DNA of 42,592 nucleotides from Candidatus Altiarchaeota archaeon (GTDB lineage Archaea; Altiarchaeota; Altiarchaeia; IMC4; SCGC-AAA252-I15): NCBI GenBank assembly GCA_043804895.1, contig JAZDIN010000035.1, positions 1 to 42,592 of the forward strand, read 5' to 3'. Shown piece by piece: positions 30,367 to 39,998 of this stretch (position 1 is its first letter; each line of letters starts with the position of its first letter). The notes under the pieces were generated by a model. It saw only the letters and a program-made list of their open reading frames with translations, ran no database searches and was not told where the DNA came from. The position numbers and the translations under genes were made by a program.

Positions 30367-33300
30367 ATGGGGGCAGTCGAAAAATATGGGGTAAGTCCCA
30401 GCGGAGCCATTGAGGACGTCGGCAGGCCACCAACACTAGGTGGGCTATTGGGCGACCAAGGCAAGTACCTATGGTATTTCAGAAAGGCTATAGACGGCAA
30501 GAAGTCGGTTGCATTCATCAATAAATTAGGCTCAGCACTAGGGGATATCGAATCCAGTACTGCGGACGTGCAACCTCTAATAAACCTTCTCATGCGTGGG
30601 CATGATGTGGGGAAGGATTGCATCCCCCCAGATACCGAATTAACTCGAACATTGGCTCTGTCACGCAAATCTGTTTACGTACCAGATGAAACGCAGAGGC
30701 AAGAACATGCTAATCCAGATGGGGCAACCGAACTCTCAGGAGGGTATGCTAAAGCCGCAAAACGTGTGGCCTCAGGCCTCAAAAAAGTTAGGGAATACTC
30801 TGAACGTATTGTGGCAAGGTATTCGACAACCCCTGAGCTGCTCTCTGACTCGTTGAAAAAAAGGGTAGGGGAAGTTTGGTCAAGTGATGAATTTACTGCA
30901 GAAGACGTTTCTAAGACTATATATGAGCTGTCCGAACGTCTTGGAATCGACGAGAAGAAGTTGAGGCGGTTCGTGAGGGGAATAGCTAGCTCCTGGCGAA
31001 ACTCCGAAAGGCCTGAGGGGTTCAGTCTATTCAGCCGTAGCCAGGCTGAGAAGGAACACGGCACCCGCAGAGTACAGCTAGCCTATGAACGCACCCTGTT
31101 GGATTTGATGTCAGGAGACGACGTCCTGGCAAATGCAGTCAAGCTAACCATCCTGGAAGACAAAAGAGCCCCCTCGTTTGTTGACGTTGACGATGCGCAA
31201 CGAAGGGTCCATCGTGCGATGTTATCTGCTATGGCTCAGGAGGTTGTGGACTTTAACAAAACACTACTTGGGCTCAGCCATAAGATTGTTGAAGGTGCAT
31301 TGTCCGACTACTCTAAGGTATCGGATGCCGAGTCAGAGGTTCTGCCTGAGACGAAATTATACTCCTCAAGTTTCTATGATGAAGGCAGCAGTAGGTTAAG
31401 AAATCATTACGGTTCAGGGGAACCACTGCTAACCCATCAGCTTTCCGATGGCATGAGACAATACTTTACTCTCGAGTTTAGGAAAAGATACGTGGACCCG
31501 AAAGTCGAACGCGAGCGGCAGAAAATAGAAAAATACCCTGATATATACACCAATCCTGAACAACAACTTAAGACTGAGAGAGAAAATACAGAAACGCATA
31601 TGGAACTCAGTGCGCAAAAACAATTCGACAAGATATATGGCCTCACAAAGGATGTGGATTTTGCCCTACAGGACGTGTTCTTCCTGGAAGAACAGGTTGC
31701 GGCGCTGACGAAGCTTACCAGTTCAACGCATGATGTTTCCGCCCTAATCGACAAAAAACGCGCCGAAGCTGAAAAAAGGCTCCAAGAGGCCAGAAGCAGG
31801 GTCGAGGAGAGAGCGAGATTCGCGGTTGAATCCATCACCAAGGACATGAGAATAGAAAAATATGCTGTCTTCAGAGACACCTATACTGCCCACCGCATGG
31901 TTTCGCAGAAGGCATTGGAGATTGTGGACGAGCACGTAAGGTCTAATCTAGAGGATAAACTGCTCGAAAGCGGCGATACTGCTTCAAGTGCAGCTTACAG
32001 TCTTAGGACGTTGAGGTCATTCAAGTCGATAATCCCTCTCACTTTGGCCGCGGTGGCTCTATCGGACGGACGCAGCAGAGCCGCTGCAGTGGGTGCCCTA
32101 TATGATCTGGTGACAGACCCTGCGTCACAGTCCGAGATGGATGCACTCAAAAGGCTGAAAGTCGTCGGCTTAGGGAGAATACTGGACGTGCTCGCAGAAT
32201 ACAGCAAGGAGTATGATCCGTATACGTCCGAGGACACTAGGTCTCACGTGTCAAATATGCTAACCGAGTACAGCGAAGACCTACTCTGCCACCTCTTAGA
32301 AAACGACAGCATAAAGATAAGGAAGATGGCTGTTGAAGGGTTAAGCCCGAATATTGGTATTTTTGGTGTCCAATCCGGCAGCAGCTACACGCAGGCCAGT
32401 GAATTGCTTGCAAAAGCGTTGAACGAAGAAAGGAACCGTGATATACGCGCTGACATAACAAGCACTTTGTGGAGCAGGGCAGTTAACTTGAGTGAGGCCA
32501 GTTCGGCTGATGTTCTGGCAGAAAACATGCGAAACGAAGACCAATCGATAGCGCATGCCGTGGCCTTAAGCTTATACTGGGTATACGATGACGAACGCTC
32601 AAGGAAAGTAATAAGGGATATGGGTGAAAAGGACCCTGGATTAGTTGACGTCTACGCCAGCCTGTATGACCTGGGCGCTAGTTATGTCGGGTACTACAGC
32701 GATAAAGCAGTCGAATCCAAAAATGCTGCGGTCAAATTCCTCTCGATTGTAGACGACCCGCGGGCGAGGCGTAAATTGGAGGAGATTGTCCTAACAGCAG
32801 ATGAAGGAGATGACTACCATCGCAAGGAAGAAAAGAAGAAAATAGCAGAATCCCTCTTGAAAAGCATACATGAAAGTACAACATCGCCTGTACTGTATAC
32901 TATCCTCTCCGGGAGTGGATTCTACAAACTCAATCACGCAGTTATGGAACCGACTGTCATGAGGGGCTTCAGCAAGCCTTTGACATCATTTGACGAGCAT
33001 CCCGAGGACAGGCAGACGATACTGACGGACATATTAGATGCTGCATTCAAAGACCGGAAGACAAGCGAGCGTATATCATCTGCGTTATCCGCCTTAGAGG
33101 GGGTTAACCCGCTTGCAGCCCAGTTTTACGCACACGAGCTGTTGAGGGACGATTATAACACCGAAGCCCCACAACGCGTTGAAGTCCTGAAAAGACCCGA
33201 GTTCATCTCAAACTACGTCGAATTAAGCAGGGTCTCCTTCCCTGCGGCCAGGACCCTCATGGAATTGTGCATAGAACAGCCTGACAGGGACCCAGCAGAG

Positions 33301-35892
33301 ATTACGTATTCCCTCCGTTCAAGCAAAATATTAAAGGAATATACTCGCTTTGAAGTCACACCAAAGACGCCTACACCTGAGGTGTCGACATTCTCCCAAG
33401 TATTCAGCATCGGACAGAGGGATTACGTCCCACTGGCTGTGAAACTATTCGCCACACCGGATGGAATCGGCATACTAGGTCAAGAGCGTGTAAGAGAGAT
33501 ACTCGGCGAAGACTTGTCTGCGAGGCTGAAGGCTGCCATGGAAGTGGACGTCACACCTGATGAGATACTGTTGACTGAGAACATTTTTGGCATTGCTGCA
33601 GTTGATGAAGATTACTACAAATTATCTATGAGACACCATCCGCAGTCCAAATCCGACCCTATGAGGGCGCATCAGGAGGTCATCGAAGAAATCTCCAGAA
33701 AGAGGGGGTTGTGCGGGTTAATGCACGGCACGACAGTCGAATCCAGAGACAGCATAGCCAATGGACTAGGCGGCAGGATGATGCACAAGAAGGCATCTGC
33801 AGGAATTTACTCCACAATTGACATGAAAACTGCCAAAATATACGCCAACGGCGGACTATACAACTGGCTTCCAGGGCAGGAAATGGAAGGCACGAAAGGC
33901 GGCTTAATCTTGATGCTAGGCGGGGACCTTAGAGACTCCTACATATGCCTTGAACCAGGGTTTGGTGTTACTGAATACCGTTTTGTGGATTCAGGCGGTA
34001 CTCTACTTAGGGCTCCATCAAGAGTAACCCAGGCGTTGGATACCATTATTACAGATGACTCATCCAGCGAGGAGTGGGAGAACCTCAGAAGGGAAATTGC
34101 AGTCAGGATAAAACAGAGGAACATAGTAAGGCCGCTTGAGGAGGAACTATTAGGCAAGCTGTCTGCTGCGCTTTCTTCCGAGCCTGGGGTGGCAGACAGC
34201 ATCAGCAGAATCTACGGCGGGATGAGGGAGCACCATTTCCCTGAGGCGAAGATTATCGAAGTGGTCGACTCATACATCAAGCTCGTGTTAACCTCAGACA
34301 AGACAAACCCAGAAGACCAGAACCACAGGCTTAGGCGAATCATGGAACAGGCCATACAACACAACGGACTTTCCATATCAAAGGTCCACGACTCCCTCGT
34401 CGCCTACCCGGAAATATCCATGGAACTTGACCCAGGCAGGCCATTCACAGATAACATGGAGGCTATTGAACGGCACATCCTGAAAGCTTGTATGGCGCCA
34501 ATGGAAGAGGCTGACGACGGGACATTAATAGGGTTAGCATTCAGTTTAGGCAAGGACAGTGCGCCTGAGGCGATAGTCGACTCCCTCAAGGGACTAGGGT
34601 GTGAAATAAACGGGGATATGCGGGGGAACAAGTACGATGCACCACCCCAGGGCACTAAGGTCTGGACTATAAGAACCACAGAGGAGGACTGGTCCTTGAC
34701 ATACAAAAACGGCTCTTTGAAGGTGCAAAAGGGTAGTGACGTTGTCATGGATTTGAAAGCTAAGCCTGACCGCGAAGACCCTGAAAAAATCAACGTCTTC
34801 ACCAGAGCCGTGATTGCAGCCTCTGTCTCAGAAAAGTACCCTGAAGTAGAGCTGCTTGACCTAGCCAACGTCCTAACAGGTGAAATGACACACGAGGGCC
34901 CTGACGTGGAGGAGCGCATATTCGCATCCACCAAGGTTGTGTATTCCCAAATCTCAGACAAACGGGCAGAGCACTTCCGGAAGGCCATCACTGAGTCCGT
35001 GCATGAGCTTTCCTCAGGTGATCTGGAGATGCCTCCAGAGGAAACATACGACTTCGCGTTGACTGCCTCCTCAAGCAGGGGAGAGGCGACTCCATTCTCA
35101 GACTATGATGCGTTCTTCCTAATCAGAAGCAGGGATGTGGAGAGACAGTATGCGCCATTCTTCGACGCCATTGAGACGAGGGTATTCAAGAAACTAACAG
35201 AATACGGCTATGCAATAGACGCCGGAGCGATGCAGAGGGTAGGCTGGCGCATCACATTCGAGGACCTGGATTCCAAGGTACTTTCCGACGCAGCGCTGAT
35301 GGGCCAGGATGTGAACCCCACGACAATGATGGACCTGCAGTCGATGTTAGGCCGCACGTTGTCTGCAGAGATGAAAGAGCATGCCTTAACAAAATACGGC
35401 CATGAGAGTGAGGCCCTAAGGTCATCCCTTCAAACGCAGATTAACGGTTTCGCGAGGTTCTTCCGCGAGGGCGCGAGCCAGGCGTTAAGCGGTGACGCAC
35501 CACAGGACATAAAGACCGCATTCACGAGGATAATACCATTCATGCTGTACTACATGATGGCCGGACACATGGGTGAAATAAAAGATCATCTAAGTAAGGG
35601 AGGCAAATCCTTAGCAGACATTCCGAACTCAACTTTAGAGCGCCTTCAGATGCTGTCAGAGGCAGGAATAATAGGCGATTCTGACGCCAAAAACATTAGC
35701 ACGGCCTATCTGGGGATACAGAGGGCAAGGTTCAAGACCTCTGTGATGGAGCAATCGACGCATGGTGCCGAGGTTGACCCGATGTTGTTCACAATAAGGG
35801 AGAGGGAGAACTTCGAGGGTTACCTCAAAACTATCTCAGATTTCATCGATAAAATGGGAATGAAAGACACACCCGTCATCCTAGCCACGTAA
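30367..35892 (+). CDS. Giant multidomain protein: helical N-terminus, HEAT-like repeats, ADP-ribosyltransferase-like domain, GlnD/GlnE/DUF294-like nucleotidyltransferase with helical substrate-binding domain
   Basis: HEAT-like LLENDSIKIRKMAVEGL and ALNEERNRDIRADITSTL; LMHGTT...GIYST...AKIYA...TEYRF; FALTASSSRGEATPFSDYDAFF; STLERLQMLSEAGII....AY....RAR. The frame is open from GTG 30283, but ATG 30367 is preferred. Confidence 0.8.
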   Translation: MGAVEKYGVSPSGAIEDVGRPPTLGGLLGDQGKYLWYFRKAIDGKKSVAFINKLGSALGDIESSTADVQPLINLLMRGHDVGKDCIPPDTELTRTLALSRKSVYVPDETQRQEHANPDGATELSGGYAKAAKRVASGLKKVREYSERIVARYSTTPELLSDSLKKRVGEVWSSDEFTAEDVSKTIYELSERLGIDEKKLRRFVRGIASSWRNSERPEGFSLFSRSQAEKEHGTRRVQLAYERTLLDLMSGDDVLANAVKLTILEDKRAPSFVDVDDAQRRVHRAMLSAMAQEVVDFNKTLLGLSHKIVEGALSDYSKVSDAESEVLPETKLYSSSFYDEGSSRLRNHYGSGEPLLTHQLSDGMRQYFTLEFRKRYVDPKVERERQKIEKYPDIYTNPEQQLKTERENTETHMELSAQKQFDKIYGLTKDVDFALQDVFFLEEQVAALTKLTSSTHDVSALIDKKRAEAEKRLQEARSRVEERARFAVESITKDMRIEKYAVFRDTYTAHRMVSQKALEIVDEHVRSNLEDKLLESGDTASSAAYSLRTLRSFKSIIPLTLAAVALSDGRSRAAAVGALYDLVTDPASQSEMDALKRLKVVGLGRILDVLAEYSKEYDPYTSEDTRSHVSNMLTEYSEDLLCHLLENDSIKIRKMAVEGLSPNIGIFGVQSGSSYTQASELLAKALNEERNRDIRADITSTLWSRAVNLSEASSADVLAENMRNEDQSIAHAVALSLYWVYDDERSRKVIRDMGEKDPGLVDVYASLYDLGASYVGYYSDKAVESKNAAVKFLSIVDDPRARRKLEEIVLTADEGDDYHRKEEKKKIAESLLKSIHESTTSPVLYTILSGSGFYKLNHAVMEPTVMRGFSKPLTSFDEHPEDRQTILTDILDAAFKDRKTSERISSALSALEGVNPLAAQFYAHELLRDDYNTEAPQRVEVLKRPEFISNYVELSRVSFPAARTLMELCIEQPDRDPAEITYSLRSSKILKEYTRFEVTPKTPTPEVSTFSQVFSIGQRDYVPLAVKLFATPDGIGILGQERVREILGEDLSARLKAAMEVDVTPDEILLTENIFGIAAVDEDYYKLSMRHHPQSKSDPMRAHQEVIEEISRKRGLCGLMHGTTVESRDSIANGLGGRMMHKKASAGIYSTIDMKTAKIYANGGLYNWLPGQEMEGTKGGLILMLGGDLRDSYICLEPGFGVTEYRFVDSGGTLLRAPSRVTQALDTIITDDSSSEEWENLRREIAVRIKQRNIVRPLEEELLGKLSAALSSEPGVADSISRIYGGMREHHFPEAKIIEVVDSYIKLVLTSDKTNPEDQNHRLRRIMEQAIQHNGLSISKVHDSLVAYPEISMELDPGRPFTDNMEAIERHILKACMAPMEEADDGTLIGLAFSLGKDSAPEAIVDSLKGLGCEINGDMRGNKYDAPPQGTKVWTIRTTEEDWSLTYKNGSLKVQKGSDVVMDLKAKPDREDPEKINVFTRAVIAASVSEKYPEVELLDLANVLTGEMTHEGPDVEERIFASTKVVYSQISDKRAEHFRKAITESVHELSSGDLEMPPEETYDFALTASSSRGEATPFSDYDAFFLIRSRDVERQYAPFFDAIETRVFKKLTEYGYAIDAGAMQRVGWRITFEDLDSKVLSDAALMGQDVNPTTMMDLQSMLGRTLSAEMKEHALTKYGHESEALRSSLQTQINGFARFFREGASQALSGDAPQDIKTAFTRIIPFMLYYMMAGHMGEIKDHLSKGGKSLADIPNSTLERLQMLSEAGIIGDSDAKNISTAYLGIQRARFKTSVMEQSTHGAEVDPMLFTIRERENFEGYLKTISDFIDKMGMKDTPVILAT

Positions 35893-36384
35893 CCTATGGC
35901 TTATTTTCGTGTACTCTACGACCCCGCCAGCCTCTATCATCCTCAGTAGAAAGTCAGGTAATGGTTTGAATTCGTATTCCCTTCCAGTTCTTTCATTCCT
36001 GACTTTCCCGGCCTTGAAGTCAACATCCACTGTGTCGCTGTCGTTAGCCTCAAGTGGACATTCCACTAGGGTAAGCCCTATGTTGATGCTGTTTCTGAAG
36101 AATATCCTCGCGAAGCTCTTCGCTACCACGCACTTGACTCCGCAGCCTATGAGGGCCCTTGGGGCGTGTTCCCTTGAGCTTCCAGAGCCGAAGTTCAATC
36201 CGCCTACGATGATGTCGCCTTCCTTCACCTGCCTTGCGAATTCCGGCCGCACCTTCTCGAAGGCGTGTCTCCCCAGCTCCTTCGGGTCTCCTGTCACAAG
36301 GTATTCTGCAGGTATTATCTGGTCTGTGTCAACGTTATCCCCGAACACCCACGCCTTGCCTGTTATCCTATCGTCCACCTGCAA
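35881..36384 (-). CDS. leuD: Isopropylmalate/citramalate isomerase small subunit
   Basis: GKAWVFGDNVDTDQIIP, NFGSGSSREHA and SFARIFFRNSINIG. Confidence 0.9.
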   Translation of the reverse strand: MQVDDRITGKAWVFGDNVDTDQIIPAEYLVTGDPKELGRHAFEKVRPEFARQVKEGDIIVGGLNFGSGSSREHAPRALIGCGVKCVVAKSFARIFFRNSINIGLTLVECPLEANDSDTVDVDFKAGKVRNERTGREYEFKPLPDFLLRMIEAGGVVEYTKISHRLRG

Positions 36385-36928
36385 TCTCCCTGACGTACTC
36401 GTCAGTCGAAACCATCCTAGCCCCCATGTTCCTCATGTCAAGGAGGTTCGCATCATGTATCTCCTTAGTCTTCGCTCCCGTGGCGTCGGTGAGGACTACA
36501 GTATTTAAGTCGTAGCCTATCGCATCCACTACCGTGGCCCGCACGCAGTTTGGGGTCTGCACTCCAGCCAACACCACTGTATCAACCTTAAGCCTAGCCA
36601 GGAGAAGCTGCAGTTCAGTCTGGAAGAATCCGCTGAACCTCTGCTTCTCAACGACATACTCGCCCTTCTCAGGCTTGAGGTCATCGACGAATTCGGCACC
36701 CTTAGTGCCTGAGACAAGGAAAGGTTTCTCCTTGAAACTCTGTAGCCTGAAAAGCTCCACGTCAGCCCCGTCAGCCCTGTGCACCCTCGCTATGTGCACC
36801 ACGGGTTTACCAGCCTTCCTGAATGCCTTAAGGATTTTCTTTATGTTCGGTGTTACGGCTGTTGCATTTTCTATTATCCTCGCGACCACATCCCTCTGCA
36901 TATCGACTATAAGCAGAGCTTCGCTCAT
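36368..36928 (-). CDS. Isochorismatase-family cysteine hydrolase
   Basis: ALLIVDMQ, KQRFSGFFQT and GVQTPNCVRAT (Asp-Lys-Cys triad). Confidence 0.92.
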   Translation of the reverse strand: MSEALLIVDMQRDVVARIIENATAVTPNIKKILKAFRKAGKPVVHIARVHRADGADVELFRLQSFKEKPFLVSGTKGAEFVDDLKPEKGEYVVEKQRFSGFFQTELQLLLARLKVDTVVLAGVQTPNCVRATVVDAIGYDLNTVVLTDATGAKTKEIHDANLLDMRNMGARMVSTDEYVREIAGGR

Positions 36929-38178
36929 CTTTTCACCTCGTTCGGGTCCGTTATCCTTCCTGTTAATGCGGATGCGGCAACCACTGCGGGGTTTGCGAGA
37001 TACACCTTGCTCCCCTTATGCCCCATCCTTCCTATGAAGTTCCTGTTCGTTGATGAGACTGCAACCTCGCCGTCCGCTAAAACGCCCATATACCCTCCAA
37101 GGCATGCACCGCAGGTCGGGCCTGAGACGAAGGCGCCGGCCTTGCTGAATATCTGATAAAGCCCCTCCTTCACCATCCTGTCCATGACATCCTGCGTGGC
37201 TGGAACGACTATCATTCGCACGCCCTCCTTGACCTTCCTGCCTTTCATTAACTTGGCTGCGATTCTCATATCCTCTATCCTCCCATTGGTGCATGAGCCG
37301 AGGTATGCCTGATCTATCAGGACGTCGACTTCTGCTGCGGGTTTGCCGTTCTCAGGCAGGAACGGCTCCGCGACAGTGCAAGGAATGTCCTTCGCGTTGT
37401 ATTCGAATTTCTCACAGTACTGCGCGTCCTTGTCGCTGTACACCGCCTTGTATCTTCCCTTCAATCTCCCCTTCAGGTAAATGTCAACCTTCCTGTCAGC
37501 AGGTATAATCCCAGCCTTCGCCCCAGCCTCTATCGCCATGTTAGATACTGTTATTCTGTCCGAGAGCGTCAGGGACTTTATAGTCGACCCGTACCATTCC
37601 ATCGTCTTATAGAGTGAGCCGTCTACGCCGATATCCCCTATCACATGCAATACCACATCCTTACCCATCACATACCTGCCGAGCTTCCCGTTGACTGTGA
37701 ACTTCTGCGTCTCAGGAACCTTAAACCACAACTTACCTGAAGCCATCGCGCAGGCCGCCTCAGTGCTCCCTATTCCTGTAGCGAAGGCTCCCAGCGCCCC
37801 ATAGCTGCAGGTGTGGGAGTCTGCTCCCACAATCAGCCTCCCTGGCGCCACGAACCCTTTTTCTATCATCAGCTGATGACATACCCCGCCCCTGCCGACC
37901 TCAAAGTAATTCCTTATACCGTACTTTCTAGCGAAGTCCCTCATAGCCTTAGCTTGCGCCGCGCTTGCCACATCCTTGTTTGGGACGTAATGGTCTGGTA
38001 TGAGCACAGACTTCTCCGGAATCGGTCCTACTTGAAGTTTGTCAAAGACTTCGAAGGCCGGGAGGCCTGTCACGTCATTGACCATGACGTAGTCTACCTC
38101 AGCTTCCACAATCTCCCCTGCTGTGACGGATTTCAACCCGGCCTTCCCGGCTAATATCCTCTCTGATATTGTTGGCAT
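36925..38178 (-). CDS. leuC: Isopropylmalate/citramalate isomerase large subunit (archaeal type)
   Basis: DHYVP, GVCHQ, GADSHTCSYGA, GSCTNGR, CGACLG and STNRNFIGRMG. Confidence 0.92.
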   Translation of the reverse strand: MPTISERILAGKAGLKSVTAGEIVEAEVDYVMVNDVTGLPAFEVFDKLQVGPIPEKSVLIPDHYVPNKDVASAAQAKAMRDFARKYGIRNYFEVGRGGVCHQLMIEKGFVAPGRLIVGADSHTCSYGALGAFATGIGSTEAACAMASGKLWFKVPETQKFTVNGKLGRYVMGKDVVLHVIGDIGVDGSLYKTMEWYGSTIKSLTLSDRITVSNMAIEAGAKAGIIPADRKVDIYLKGRLKGRYKAVYSDKDAQYCEKFEYNAKDIPCTVAEPFLPENGKPAAEVDVLIDQAYLGSCTNGRIEDMRIAAKLMKGRKVKEGVRMIVVPATQDVMDRMVKEGLYQIFSKAGAFVSGPTCGACLGGYMGVLADGEVAVSSTNRNFIGRMGHKGSKVYLANPAVVAASALTGRITDPNEVKR

Positions 38179-38210
38179 CCTAACCTCAAGTAATTGGTTT
38201 CCGCTTTAAA

Positions 38211-38324
38211 ATATAGTCGAGAGCATAACCTTCTTAACTTAGATTCTATGCTCTCGAATATATCTGAGGGCACACGGCTCAATATACCCCCTAAGAGGTC
38301 TAAAGAGTTATGCCCTCAGCTATA
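38211..38324. repeat. 114-bp double-hairpin dispersed element, copy 2
   Basis: Same length and stems as 11804-11917. Confidence 0.85.
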
Positions 38325-38327
38325 ACC

Positions 38328-39806
38328 CTAGCTTCTCCGCATTATTATCGCGTTCAGGCCGTTTATCATCGCATCCACTGAAGCCATGATTATGTCGGTG
38401 CCAGCGCCTTCTGCAGTGATTATCCTGCCTCTGCTCTTCAGCTTGACTAGTATCCTCACGAGCGCGTCAGTCCCTCCAGAGACTGCATCAACATGGTATT
38501 CTGCAAGCTCGAACGGAACGTCCTTCGTCGCCACCTTTATCGCGTTGATGGCCGCGTCCACTGGGCCTGTGCCACTGCCCATGGAGGTTATGGTGTCGCC
38601 GTTTATCTGCAACTTAACTGTCGCATTCGGGGTTATCTTGTTGCCGCCAGTGGCCACAAGTTCGAGTAGCTTTATCGGCTTCTCCTTTGTGACTCCAAGG
38701 ACGCTGTTGGCTATGGTGTCAAGGTCCACGGAGGTGACTCTCTTACCCTTGTCTCCTATGGACTTCACCTGCTCGTATACTCCTTTCGCCTGCTCGTCAG
38801 TCATACTGAACCCAGATTCCTCAAGCAGCTTCTTCACACTCTTGAAACCGACGTGTTTCCCTAGTACGAACTTCCTCCTCGCCCCCACAATCTCCGGCTT
38901 AATCGGCTCATAGGTGCTCGGCTTCTTAAGTATCCCGTCCACATGGATTCCGGCCTCATGGGTGAATGCGTTCTCACCGACTATCGCCTTGTTCGGCGGC
39001 ACCGGGATCTTCGTCAGCTTCTCGACGAGCTGGCTTATCCTGTTCAAACCCTCAATCCTAATCTTGAACTTATGGCCTGTCGTAAGCCTCAACGCGACCG
39101 CAACCTCCTCAAGAGCCGTATTGCCTGCGCGCTCCCCTAGGCCGTTGACTGTGACATCAACCACCCTAGCTCCAGCCTTCACTGCAGTGACAGTGTTCGC
39201 AGTCCCCATCCCGAAATCGTCATGGCAGTGGACTCCAACAGGTATCCTAGCCTTTTCAGTCAGCTTCTCGAACAGTTCTTTTGTCTTCTCAGGATTCAAT
39301 ATACCGACCGTGTCCGCGACAGTGAACCTGTCAGCCTTCGCGTCCTGCGCGGCTTTCATAACCTTCAACAGGTAGTCCAACCCTGTTCTTGAACCGTCCT
39401 CGCAGCAGAGGTCGACCTTGACGCCGTGGCTTTTACAGTACTCTGTCATCTCAGTGACCTTCGCCAGAACCTCCTCCCTCGTGCTCTTCAACTTCCATTT
39501 GATGTGCAAATCCGAGGTAGGAGCTACAAGGAATATTGAATCCACCTCACAGGAGAGGGCAAGGTCCACATCGCCTTTAACTATCCTCGCGAAGCTAGCA
39601 ATCTCAGCCTCAAGGCCTTCATTCGCTATGGCCTTGATGCTCTCCCTCTCCCCTTCGCTCGTGCACGCGCTCCCAGCCTCTATGATGTCAACCCCCAAGT
39701 TGTCCAAGGCCTTCGCTATCCTAACCTTCTCTTCTGTGGTTAGGGATACTCCGGGCATCTGTTCCCCGTCCCTCAATGTTGTGTCCAAAAACAATATTTG
39801 AGCCAT
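38328..39806 (-). CDS. cimA: (R)-citramalate synthase (archaeal CimA-like; LeuA family)
   Basis: DTTLRDGEQ, HCHDDFG, GLGERAGN, HEAGIH and a C-terminal regulatory domain. IEAGSA..SEGE resembles methanogen CimA rather than the EAGFP of LeuA. Confidence 0.8.
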   Translation of the reverse strand: MAQILFLDTTLRDGEQMPGVSLTTEEKVRIAKALDNLGVDIIEAGSACTSEGERESIKAIANEGLEAEIASFARIVKGDVDLALSCEVDSIFLVAPTSDLHIKWKLKSTREEVLAKVTEMTEYCKSHGVKVDLCCEDGSRTGLDYLLKVMKAAQDAKADRFTVADTVGILNPEKTKELFEKLTEKARIPVGVHCHDDFGMGTANTVTAVKAGARVVDVTVNGLGERAGNTALEEVAVALRLTTGHKFKIRIEGLNRISQLVEKLTKIPVPPNKAIVGENAFTHEAGIHVDGILKKPSTYEPIKPEIVGARRKFVLGKHVGFKSVKKLLEESGFSMTDEQAKGVYEQVKSIGDKGKRVTSVDLDTIANSVLGVTKEKPIKLLELVATGGNKITPNATVKLQINGDTITSMGSGTGPVDAAINAIKVATKDVPFELAEYHVDAVSGGTDALVRILVKLKSRGRIITAEGAGTDIIMASVDAMINGLNAIIMRRS

Positions 39807-39827
39807 TTTAAGCGATTATTAATCTTT

Positions 39828-39907
39828 GCGGTTGTTTGGAAAAAAACAGCAACAACCTGCTTCATCTTCCGATTATTTGTAGGGTGGTGTGTGGAGCTTA
39901 AGCTCCA
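39828..39907 (-). promoter_or_regulatory. Candidate attenuator region: palindrome over the leader stop, T7 tract and alternative hairpins
   Basis: Perfect 16-bp palindrome TGGAGCTTAAGCTCCA (39892-39907). The minus strand reads AGCAGGTTGTTGCTGTTTTTTTCCAAACAACCGC. Confidence 0.5.
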
Positions 39908-39963
39908 ATAATCAGAACTATAATGCCAAACAAGGCCAGTGAACCGGCACCAAACATCCTCAT
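39898..39963 (-). CDS. Putative Ile/Leu/Val-rich leader peptide of the cimA-leuC-leuD operon
   Basis: MRMFGAGSLALFGIIVLIIGA*. A TATTTAAA box lies about 25 nt upstream of the ATG. Confidence 0.65.
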   Translation of the reverse strand: MRMFGAGSLALFGIIVLIIGA

Positions 39964-39998
39964 ATAAGGAACAAATAGGAAGTGCCGGTTTAAATACG

